Shown in pieces: positions 29,723 to 37,690 of a stretch of DNA of 64,000 nt. The notes beneath the pieces were generated by a model. The model did no database searches. It saw nothing but the letters and a program-made list of their open reading frames with translations, and was not told the origin of the DNA. The stretch comes from Candidatus Uhrbacteria bacterium (GTDB lineage: Bacteria; Patescibacteriota; Patescibacteriia; UBA9934; GWF2-40-263), in assembly GCA_037131775.1 (NCBI GenBank), contig JBAXQK010000003.1, forward strand, positions 12,439-76,438. The letters are read 5' to 3'. Made by a program: the position numbers and the translations under genes. Within the stretch, counting starts at the first letter, position 1; every line of letters begins with the position of its first letter.

Positions 29723-30241
29723 TTAGAGATTGACGGTTTTAAATGATTTCAAGAAAGTTACAGCTTCGGCCATGTGTTCTGGAGTATCAAAGCCATAGTC
29801 GTAGCGAGGCGGTAGAGCAAAAACATAGGCAGTGTTCCGTCCGAGTTCGTTTGGTGAAAATGGTGCAGCACTCGTGCTAACGATACCGGTGTCAATATCA
29901 GCCCATTGATTAAGGGGGATGACCATAACCGGAATTCGTTGGCCGGTCGTGTCGGCCTTGGGGTTGTTGATGGTTATTGTAGTGCCTGTTTCGACGGTGG
30001 ATTCACTAGCTGCTGACCCAGGAGGATTCGCTTTATTGCCTTGCCAAATATCAGTCGTGATGGTGTAGCCTTGCCAGCTCTCCGGTAGTGTCAAACTAAA
30101 ACCGTATTGTGCGTTGACGTAGTTCAAACTGTCAGTGACCGCGGCCTTGTCTTGATTGGTTTGCGTGGTGGTCGTGACCGTCGAGCTGCAGCCAGCGCCG
30201 AGCAGGGCTAGGGTTGCAACAAGAACAAATAATGATTTCAT
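29723..30241 (-). CDS. Lipoprotein (PsbP-like), AT-rich
   Basis: MKSLFVLVATLALLGAGC lipobox; YVNAQYGFSLTLPESW; codon usage visibly AT-richer than neighbours. Confidence 0.75.
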   Translation of the reverse strand: MKSLFVLVATLALLGAGCSSTVTTTTQTNQDKAAVTDSLNYVNAQYGFSLTLPESWQGYTITTDIWQGNKANPPGSAASESTVETGTTITINNPKADTTGQRIPVMVIPLNQWADIDTGIVSTSAAPFSPNELGRNTAYVFALPPRYDYGFDTPEHMAEAVTFLKSFKTVNL

Positions 30242-30265
30242 ATAACGAAATCATAACGCTAAACA

Positions 30266-30293
30266 AAAAATCCTGCAAAATTGCAGGATTTTT
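30266..30293. terminator. Terminator after tRNA-Trp
   Basis: AAAAATCCTGCAA-AA-TTGCAGGATTTTT. Confidence 0.75.
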
Positions 30294-30295
30294 CG

Positions 30296-30370
30296 TGGCA
30301 GGGGCGCAGGGATTCGAACCCTGAATGAGAGTTTTGGAGACTCTAGTGATAGCCATTTCACTACGCCCCT
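30296..30370 (-). tRNA. tRNA-Trp(CCA)
   Basis: AGGGGCG...CGCCCCT-G-CCA; anticodon loop CTCCAAA; T-loop TTCGAAT. Confidence 0.95.
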
Positions 30371-30390
30371 GTTTGGCTTTCCGTCCGGGA

Positions 30391-30431
30391 ATAATAGCCC
30401 CGTTGACGATTTGCGTCAATCCGCGTACACT
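30391..30431. promoter_or_regulatory. Back-to-back promoters sharing the palindrome TTGACG-N5-CGTCAA
   Basis: Plus strand: TTGACG-17-TACACT. Minus strand: TTGACG-17-TATTAT (tRNA-Trp). Confidence 0.6.
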
Positions 30432-30505
30432 TCCGCTCATGTTTGAGGGATGGCCACCCTCCTGCATGCCACCGTCCACGCCAACCGCAACCAACTGGAG
30501 CTCCC

Positions 30506-31081
30506 TTGAGCAACGATTCTCCCCTCGCATCCGCCGGTCCCGACGGATCAACGCCCCGCAAGCCTCACGTCCCCAAGACGCCCGAGGTTCCCGCGCTCAA
30601 CCGCCTTGCCTGGACGCCCAGCGGAATCCGCGTCGAGGACCCGACGAGCCTCTCCGTGATCCTCGCCGAGGCATACCCCGTCTGCGTCATCTCGTTCGCG
30701 GAGTTCTACCACTCCGCCATGGACATCCACTACGTGACGGACGCGCACGAGATGATCGTCCGCCGGCTCACGAGCAAGATCGTCCTTCTCGCCAAGCCCG
30801 GAAGCCATCGCTTCGGCAACAACCCGCGGAACATGCGCGACGCGCTCGGCCGGCTCGACAAGCTCGGCATCCGTTGCGCCTACGAGCCGTCCGACGAGCT
30901 GGTCGCCTTCCTCGGGATCGGCGACAACCGCGGCGGCATCCGCAACGCGATGCACCGGTTCCAGGACGGCCTCCTCGTCCGGTCCTGGATCGCCGCGATC
31001 TCCACCCCGACCGCGGAGCACCGCTCCGGCGCCGCGGACATCCTCTCCCTCCCCGCCCCGAAGGTCTCCGGGCGGAAGTAG
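30506..31081 (+). CDS. Hypothetical protein
   Basis: GGAG SD before TTG 30506; strong GC3 codon bias; terminator after. Confidence 0.6.
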   Translation: MSNDSPLASAGPDGSTPRKPHVPKTPEVPALNRLAWTPSGIRVEDPTSLSVILAEAYPVCVISFAEFYHSAMDIHYVTDAHEMIVRRLTSKIVLLAKPGSHRFGNNPRNMRDALGRLDKLGIRCAYEPSDELVAFLGIGDNRGGIRNAMHRFQDGLLVRSWIAAISTPTAEHRSGAADILSLPAPKVSGRK

Positions 31082-31143
31082 CCGCCCCTGCCCCCGCCCA
31101 CTCGGCGCGGGCTTTTTTATAGGAAGCGAATTTCCCTCGTCCG

Positions 31144-32421
31144 TTACGAGCAGTCCTGCGGACACAGGGTGCGCTCGATTTTCTCGCATACCCCGTCCCC
31201 ACAGCTTCCACGCGGCGTCCCGTTTGGCGAGGAGGCCCCGGACGAACCCTTCGCGGGCATTCCGGACGCCTTCGAAGCCGAGGATGCCGACCATTCGCTA
31301 TTCGGCATCGGGCCCGGTTCCGACGTCGTGGTCAGACCGTTCCAATGAAGAACGGACGGGACCGACCCGTACGTTTCGGTCCACGCGCGATAGGTCTCCG
31401 TGATCGTTGCCCAAAACAGCCTGCCCGATGCCGTTTCGTCCGCGTACGCGTCCAGACGCTCGCCGAACGCCTTCGTATACGCGGCGCGAAGATCGTTCTG
31501 AACGCTCATGAGCGAGACCGTGTAGATCTTTCCCGCCTCAAGTTTTCCACCGATCTGCAGGGCAAGCAGCTCATCGAGCCCCTCCCAGTCGCTCTTGTAG
31601 TGTCCGACGTCCACGAGCGGCGCGGACGGATCGTCCGTGTCATACTGTTCCGCGCTCTTCGGACGCCAAACGCCCGATATCCAAACGTCCTCCTCGTTCT
31701 GGTGAAGTCCCGTCCCTCCTCCCCACAGGATCTGGGGACTCCACGCGTAGTCGGGATATTTTAATCCATGGGAAAGCGCTGAGAAGTACGCTACCTGCGA
31801 GCTGGACGCGGGCGCCGCAATGAAGCCGCCGACGACGCGGCTCGGCTCGACGCCAAGCTGCTTGATGAGGTATGCCACGTCGGCATAGTTATATCCCCCG
31901 TTCTCATGCGAATGAGGGTCGATCTCGACGCCCAGGTCTTCCGACAGGTAGCGAACGACGTTCTTCCCGTCCGTGTCCGTCGTCCCGCGGTCGAAGGCAA
32001 GGACCCCGTTGAGAAAGTTCCAATCCGATTGCCAGTCATATTTGACCCCGTGCGCCGCAAGCATTCGCGCAAACGCGAGAAGCTCGGCCCGCTGCGCATC
32101 GAAGGACGCCTTGTCCGTCTGAAAATTCGGAGTGCCCGCGTTAAAGGTATCCTCGCTGTGCGACGCGACGGTTACGTAAATGACGGGTAGTCCGTCGCGC
32201 GTCGTTGCCGGGGAAGGTGCCGTCGCGGACGCGGCCGCGTCCGTCTTGGCGGGTTCCGGCGTTATCCCGGCAGTCTCGTTCGCGTCCTCGGCAACCGACG
32301 GCAAGACGGAAGCGTGCGACGAACGCCGCATCGCCCGGGCACCAAAAAAACTTCCGAGCGCAACCGCGCAAAGGGCTGCCGCCACGATTGAAACGCGAAT
32401 CCACGGGCGCATAGAGATCAT
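31144..32421 (-). CDS. Membrane-anchored deacetylase-like protein with C-terminal Cys motif
   Basis: TM, linker, IYVTVASHSED, GVEIDPHSH; ends CGDGVC...CPQDC; distant paralog of 17332-18483. Confidence 0.6.
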   Translation of the reverse strand: MISMRPWIRVSIVAAALCAVALGSFFGARAMRRSSHASVLPSVAEDANETAGITPEPAKTDAAASATAPSPATTRDGLPVIYVTVASHSEDTFNAGTPNFQTDKASFDAQRAELLAFARMLAAHGVKYDWQSDWNFLNGVLAFDRGTTDTDGKNVVRYLSEDLGVEIDPHSHENGGYNYADVAYLIKQLGVEPSRVVGGFIAAPASSSQVAYFSALSHGLKYPDYAWSPQILWGGGTGLHQNEEDVWISGVWRPKSAEQYDTDDPSAPLVDVGHYKSDWEGLDELLALQIGGKLEAGKIYTVSLMSVQNDLRAAYTKAFGERLDAYADETASGRLFWATITETYRAWTETYGSVPSVLHWNGLTTTSEPGPMPNSEWSASSASKASGMPAKGSSGASSPNGTPRGSCGDGVCEKIERTLCPQDCS

Positions 32422-33563
32422 AAGGAAGTTATGCAGTCGACGGTCCAGGAACTTTTCCCGGGACCGGCAAAACGATCCGAGAGATCCTTTCCGATCGGGC
32501 GATATGCGGGGATGGAACCCGACAGGTCGATAAGGAACAGCCGAGAGAATGTCACGCCGGCTCCGGCGCCCATATTGCAGGACGTGCTCACCAGCAGATG
32601 CTCGGTGTCCCCGCAAAATGTCGGGTAGTTGAAGCTCGTGCCTCCGCAGGAAGAAAACGCGGGGTCATATTGGGAAAGCTGGGACGGACGGAGGTCCGCA
32701 AGAAGCGTTTCCGATCCGAGAGACCCGTTCTGGAACGCCCGCTCGAAGAGTCCCCCGCCCGTGCTGTTATCACAGATCGTCGTCATTCCGTCGAGACCGA
32801 ACGCGCAGTGGCCCGTTCGGTCCGGCCACTCCGTCGCCGTGCCGCGCGCGACATCGAGGATGACCCCGTGGGCTCCGTCCGCCATAATCTGGTGCAAAAC
32901 GACAAGGTTCCCGTCCGGGGCGAAATCGGGATCATGCTGTTCCTTGACCCCCGTCAGCGCCGCGCCCGGTCCGACCGTAAGGCCGCCGTTCGAGAGCGCG
33001 GCGGACATGACCGTTCCCGTGTCGCTTGTCACGTACAGGAGGCTTTCCCCGTCCGGTCGCACTTCCGGCCAGGTTGCCATCGGAACGAGCAAACCGGTCA
33101 GGCCTGTGGACAGATCCACGTAATTTACCTGCTTCTCCCTCATACCCTTGAACACGCTCGCATAGGCGACCGTCCCGTTTTGATTCCATGCCGGGTACGC
33201 CTCGCTCGCGTCCGGGGTGCTCGTTGCCTGCCTGATCTCCGATACCGCTCCGGTGGACAGGTCGAGCGAGGCGGTGAACAGGTCGCACCGGTCGGTCGTG
33301 CCATGATCGGCGCATCCGCCGTTCGTGGCAAAGTCCGCGGCGAATACGATCCGGGACAACGATGCTCGCGCGCTCGCGCGCGGCGCCTCCGCGGGCACGG
33401 TGACTGTTTCCTCTTTGGAGACGCGATCATTCGTCGGGAAGGCCCCGGCGTTCGGAGCCAGGTCCGGTGGCCAAGACGCCCAACCGGCCAGGCCAAACGC
33501 AATGCCTGTCCCAGCGAAGAGGGTCGCGAATGCGGCACGCGTTGCGAATCGATTCCATTCCAT
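32418..33563 (-). CDS. Secreted TolB-like beta-propeller protein
   Basis: N-terminal TM; PD40-like repeats YPAWNQNG, WPEVRPDG, DPDFAPDG. Confidence 0.7.
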   Translation of the reverse strand: MEWNRFATRAAFATLFAGTGIAFGLAGWASWPPDLAPNAGAFPTNDRVSKEETVTVPAEAPRASARASLSRIVFAADFATNGGCADHGTTDRCDLFTASLDLSTGAVSEIRQATSTPDASEAYPAWNQNGTVAYASVFKGMREKQVNYVDLSTGLTGLLVPMATWPEVRPDGESLLYVTSDTGTVMSAALSNGGLTVGPGAALTGVKEQHDPDFAPDGNLVVLHQIMADGAHGVILDVARGTATEWPDRTGHCAFGLDGMTTICDNSTGGGLFERAFQNGSLGSETLLADLRPSQLSQYDPAFSSCGGTSFNYPTFCGDTEHLLVSTSCNMGAGAGVTFSRLFLIDLSGSIPAYRPIGKDLSDRFAGPGKSSWTVDCITSL

Positions 33564-33611
33564 GCCCCACAGTATACCATCCCCGAGGAATCGCGGGACG
33601 ACCTGAAAATA

Positions 33612-33645
33612 ACAAAGCCCCGTCGGTTGTGCGACGGGGCTTTGT
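33612..33645. terminator. Terminator after rpmG
   Basis: ACAAAGCCCCGTCG-GTTGTG-CGACGGGGCTTTGT. Confidence 0.75.
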
Positions 33646-33646
33646 C

Positions 33647-33802
33647 TTACTTGGTTTCCTTGTGCGCGACGTGGGTCTTGCACCACTTGCAGAACTTGGA
33701 AAGCTCGAGGCGGTCCTTGAGCATTTTCTTGTTCTTATGGCTCATGTACCCCACGTTCTTGCAGGTGGTGCACTCAAGCTTGATGACGTTGTCTTGGGAC
33801 AT
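33647..33802 (-). CDS. rpmG: 50S ribosomal protein L33 (Zn-binding form)
   Basis: [14 protein letters not shown]...[20 protein letters not shown]. Confidence 0.96.
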   Translation of the reverse strand: MSQDNVIKLECTTCKNVGYMSHKNKKMLKDRLELSKFCKWCKTHVAHKETK

Positions 33803-33857
33803 ATAAGGGGAATCGTTTAACGCCGGAACAGTACCAAATCGCCCGGTTTTGGTCAAG

Positions 33858-33932
33858 TGGAGCCGCTTGTCGGATTTGAACCGACGACCTTCACTTTACA
33901 AAAGTGTTGCTCTACCACTGAGCTAAAGCGGC
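33858..33932 (-). tRNA. tRNA-Thr(UGU)
   Basis: GCCGCTT...AAGCGGC-T-CCA; anticodon loop TTTGTAA. Confidence 0.95.
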
Positions 33933-33939
33933 ACGGATA

Positions 33940-33977
33940 CACTCCAGGCCCCAGCATGTATGCTGGGGCCTGGAGTG
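33940..33977. repeat. Perfect 18-bp palindrome between tRNA-Tyr and tRNA-Thr
   Basis: CACTCCAGGCCCCAGCAT-GT-ATGCTGGGGCCTGGAGTG. Confidence 0.85.
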
Positions 33978-34061
33978 GTGGGCAGAGAAGGATTCGAACC
34001 TTCGAAGCCGTGAAGCAAGAGATTTACAGTCTCTCCCCGTTGACCGCTTGGGTATCTGCCC
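33976..34061 (-). tRNA. tRNA-Tyr(GUA)
   Basis: GGGCAGA...TCTGCCC-A-CCA; loop CTGTAAA; long variable arm. Confidence 0.95.
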
Positions 34062-34094
34062 GCGGCAATAGTATAGCCGAACGGTCGGATACGA

Positions 34095-34529
34095 TCAAGG
34101 GGTCCCCTCTGCGACGGAAGGAACCGGGCTGGCCGAGGGGCATCCAAGGAATCCGTTAACCCTGCCGACGACCTCGTTGATCCCCAGGTCGGATTTCACT
34201 AAGAAGTCGAGCGCGCCCATCTTCTTCGCGCGTTCCCGGTCCTCGCTCTGGTTGAGGTTTGAGAATACGACGACCTTGATGTCCTTGATCTCCGGATCGG
34301 CCTTGGCTTCCTCCAGCACCTGGAACCCGTTCTTGTTCGGCATGATCAGATCAAGCAGAACCAGCTGCGGCTTGATCAGGCGCATCTTCTCAAGCGCCTC
34401 CACCCCGTCCGCGGCCGTCTCCACGACGAAGCCGTGCCGGGCCAGCTTGCTCTTGAGCACGCCGGAGAGCGCGCTCTCGTCCTCGGCGATCAGGATGAGC
34501 GGATTCGTCACTTTTGGTTCGATTTCCAT
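34095..34529 (-). CDS. Single-domain response regulator (receiver)
   Basis: ILIAEDE, LLDLIMP, FSNL, DFLVK. Confidence 0.92.
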   Translation of the reverse strand: MEIEPKVTNPLILIAEDESALSGVLKSKLARHGFVVETAADGVEALEKMRLIKPQLVLLDLIMPNKNGFQVLEEAKADPEIKDIKVVVFSNLNQSEDRERAKKMGALDFLVKSDLGINEVVGRVNGFLGCPSASPVPSVAEGTP

Positions 34530-34537
34530 ACGCGTGA

Positions 34538-36793
34538 TTATTTCTCATTCGTCGTTAGCGACTTCCCTCCCCCGCGTCCCTTGCTTCCCGCGACGGGGAG
34601 CAGGAACCAGAAGGTGCTTCCATGTCCCTCGTCCGAGTCGAAGGAGATCATACCTCCCGACTCCTCGATGATCAACTTCGCGATGTACAGCCCGAGCCCG
34701 GAACCCTCCGCCTGTTTCTTCACCGCGTTGTTCGCGCGGAAGAACCGCTCGAAGATCCGACCCTTGTCCTCTGCGCCGATTCCCATCCCGTTGTCGGTTA
34801 CCGTCACGCGGTAGTAGTGCTTTCCATCCTTGGTCAGCGTCACGTCCACCTGGGGCTTCCCCGTTTCGGGATAGGTGTACTTGACCGCGTTCGAGACGAG
34901 GTTTGCCGCGACCTGGCGGATGAGCACGGGATCGACGCTGATGGTCGGAAGCGGATCGGTGGGCAGATGCAGGTTGAGCGCACATCCCTTCGCGACGGCG
35001 ATCCCTGTGTTCTCCTGGACGACGTCCCTCAGAACACCGGCGATGTCCGTCGGCTTGGGCTCGATGGCCAGGCGGCCCGTTTCCAGGCGGGAGACGTTGA
35101 GCAGGTCGTTGACGAGATTGATCATGCGGGCGGTGGACTCGACGGCCTGGTCCACGCTTGCCTTCTGTTCCGGAAGCAGCGGGCCGATTTCCTGGGACTG
35201 CAGGTCCTCAAGGTACCAGCGGATGGCGGTCAGCGGCGTGCGAAGCTGGTGGGAGGCGACGGAGACGAACTCGGTCTTCAGTCGGTCCACCTCGCGCTCG
35301 TGCGTCACGTCGCGGAACACGATGACCGCGCCCACGACCGACCCGTCCGCGCCCACGATCGGCGCCGACGAATCGGCGACCGGCAGGAGCGACCCGTCCG
35401 GACGAATGAGCGACATCCCGTCGGGCATCACCGACAGCTTTCCATTGAGCGCCTTCCTGACAAACGAGTCGTCCGCGACGCGATCCTTCTCATGGACGAA
35501 CCGCAGGACGGACCCGTACGGCTTCCCGATCGACTCGTCGGCGGTCAGGTCGGAGATCCGCTCCGCCGCGTGGTTGAACAGGATGATCTTCCCGTCCGAC
35601 CCGATTGCGACCACGCCGTCGCCGATCCCGAGCAGGATCGCGTCGGACTTGGCCTTCGCCTGCTGGAGAAGGGACTGAGACTCATGGATCCGGTCGATCA
35701 TCACGTTGAACGAGCGACCGAGCGTTCCCACCTCGTCGCCCGAGGAAAGCAGCTCCTCCGGAAGACGCTCGTCCTCCGTGCCTCCCGCGATGTGCTGGAT
35801 GGTGTCCGTGATCTGGTTCAGGCGGCGCGTGGACAGGCGAACGGTGATCCAGAGCGCCAGCGCGAGCGCCAGGATCATTCCGGCGCCCGCGCTGGAAAGA
35901 ATCAGGACGATCCGCTGTTCCACGTGATTCGCGAGCGAGCTCGGCTCCACTTTAATGAGCGTGAATTTTCCCGGATCTTCGTCATACTTGTCATAGGCGG
36001 CCACCATTTCCGAATCGTTCACCCGTATGTTGAACACGCCGTTCGTTCCGCTCCATTTGGCAGCCTCCTCGACGGCGCGGCCAACAACCGCGTCATAGAG
36101 GGTTCCATCTCCCTGTGTCAGCCCGCCCGTTCGAGTGTCGATGATCACCCGGTTGTTCCGATCGAGCACGACGGCAAACTGCCCGGGCTGCTGGAGGCCC
36201 TTCAGCTGGTTGCCCAAGCTCTCCAGGTCGAGCGTTGCCGATACGATGCCGGTCTTCATTCCGGCCTCGTTTCGAATGGGAACGGCCATCGTAAGAACCG
36301 AACGGTCCGTCAGCGCGCTGACATACCTCCCCGAGACAAAGACGTCCTCGTCGAAACCGACATCCGCGCAATAGTCGGATTGTAGAAAATTCCTTGGATC
36401 GGCCGCCGCATAGTCGCTGTCGGCCGCGACGATCGTGCAGTCCGCGCGTTGCAGGACGATGTTTTCCAAGGAGTCGACCAGGGGAACGGCTCCGCGCAGC
36501 CCGCTCCTTGCCTCTCCGACGGCCGCCGGCTTCGCATCCGCCGAGAGCGCGGCGACAAAAACAGGATCGCGGGCAAACGATTCGAGCGACAGCCTCACGT
36601 AGCTCAGCTGGGACCGCAGCAACTGCTCGTTGAAATCCAGCGTCTGCTTGGTCTGCGTCACCAGGTCGTCCCTGAGCAGCTGCCGAATCATGGCGACCGA
36701 CGCGAACACCGTGGTCGGCAAAATGACCGCGACGCACAGGAAGGCGACGAGGATGATGTCGAAGGCGATGGAATTGACGCGCTTCAGGGCCAT
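34538..36793 (-). CDS. Sensor histidine kinase (Cache-HAMP-PAS-HisKA-HATPase)
   Basis: Two TMs, DEVGTLGRSFNVM (HAMP), PAS, SHQLRTPLT, NLVSNAVKY, DNGMG, GSGLGL. Confidence 0.95.
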   Translation of the reverse strand: MALKRVNSIAFDIILVAFLCVAVILPTTVFASVAMIRQLLRDDLVTQTKQTLDFNEQLLRSQLSYVRLSLESFARDPVFVAALSADAKPAAVGEARSGLRGAVPLVDSLENIVLQRADCTIVAADSDYAAADPRNFLQSDYCADVGFDEDVFVSGRYVSALTDRSVLTMAVPIRNEAGMKTGIVSATLDLESLGNQLKGLQQPGQFAVVLDRNNRVIIDTRTGGLTQGDGTLYDAVVGRAVEEAAKWSGTNGVFNIRVNDSEMVAAYDKYDEDPGKFTLIKVEPSSLANHVEQRIVLILSSAGAGMILALALALWITVRLSTRRLNQITDTIQHIAGGTEDERLPEELLSSGDEVGTLGRSFNVMIDRIHESQSLLQQAKAKSDAILLGIGDGVVAIGSDGKIILFNHAAERISDLTADESIGKPYGSVLRFVHEKDRVADDSFVRKALNGKLSVMPDGMSLIRPDGSLLPVADSSAPIVGADGSVVGAVIVFRDVTHEREVDRLKTEFVSVASHQLRTPLTAIRWYLEDLQSQEIGPLLPEQKASVDQAVESTARMINLVNDLLNVSRLETGRLAIEPKPTDIAGVLRDVVQENTGIAVAKGCALNLHLPTDPLPTISVDPVLIRQVAANLVSNAVKYTYPETGKPQVDVTLTKDGKHYYRVTVTDNGMGIGAEDKGRIFERFFRANNAVKKQAEGSGLGLYIAKLIIEESGGMISFDSDEGHGSTFWFLLPVAGSKGRGGGKSLTTNEK

Positions 36794-36802
36794 AGGGTTC
36801 GA

Positions 36803-37198
36803 TTAGACCTCGCGCCAGGAGGAGATGACGATCTTCGGGCTGAGCGCGCTCGTGGAGATGAGCAGCTTCTTGGTGACATTCGCGACCGTCGCGGTAACGC
36901 TGATCGTCCGCACGCTTCCGCCGGAGTTCGCGACCCCGTACGTGCACGACCCCGCGCCAAGCGTCACGGATCCGGAACCAGTATACAGCACGTTGTCATG
37001 GATCTGCCGCAGCGCCACGTCCGCGCACGCGCGGGCGATTCCTTTCGCCTCGTAATACTGCCGCAGTCCAAGCGACGCCTGTAGCGAATTCGTGCTCGCG
37101 AACACCAGGGCCGACGCGGTGGTTGCCGCGACGGCACCGAGAACGAGAACGCCGATCAGGGCGGCGAACCCGCGATCATTGCAGGCTTGCGGATCCAT
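36803..37198 (-). CDS. PilX-like minor pilin
   Basis: DRG/FAALIGV class III signal without E5; ends SWREV. Confidence 0.8.
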   Translation of the reverse strand: MDPQACNDRGFAALIGVLVLGAVAATTASALVFASTNSLQASLGLRQYYEAKGIARACADVALRQIHDNVLYTGSGSVTLGAGSCTYGVANSGGSVRTISVTATVANVTKKLLISTSALSPKIVISSWREV

Positions 37199-37682
37199 AG
37201 AAGGTTTGCGAGTAGGTAAACGGCGCGGAGCTTCCCGACGCTCCGGACAGGGTAAAGCTGACGCGGACCGTGCCGGGAGTCGATGCGCGGGAGAGATTTT
37301 GAAAGGAGAGGCTTGACGCGACCACGTTCGCGTTCGTGAGCGGAACGGCGGCCGACGCGCCTTCCGTCGCCATGATCGCCCCGCCCGAGAGCGAGAACAC
37401 GGTCGGGCTCGCCGGGGCGCTGTCGACGCTCACCGTGAGCGAGGCCCCGGTGGCGCCGGAGGCGGGAGCCGTAATCGCCGAGGCGTTACGCGTCGTCTGC
37501 GTGATGATCTCCAGCGCCTGCCTTCCCTGCTCCTCCACCTCCCGCCGCACGGCTTCCCTTCCGCTCGACCGCTGTACGATTCCTGCGAGCAGGCCGACCG
37601 TGCCAATCAGCAACGAAACAACCCCGAGGTAGATGACCGCCTCGATGTAGGTGAACCCTCGGTTGTTCGTTGCGATGCCCAT
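37176..37682 (-). CDS. PilW/PulJ-like minor pilin
   Basis: RG/FTYIEA prepilin motif; start trimmed to MGIATNN. Confidence 0.85.
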   Translation of the reverse strand: MGIATNNRGFTYIEAVIYLGVVSLLIGTVGLLAGIVQRSSGREAVRREVEEQGRQALEIITQTTRNASAITAPASGATGASLTVSVDSAPASPTVFSLSGGAIMATEGASAAVPLTNANVVASSLSFQNLSRASTPGTVRVSFTLSGASGSSAPFTYSQTFYGSASLQ

Positions 37683-37690
37683 GCGATTGG

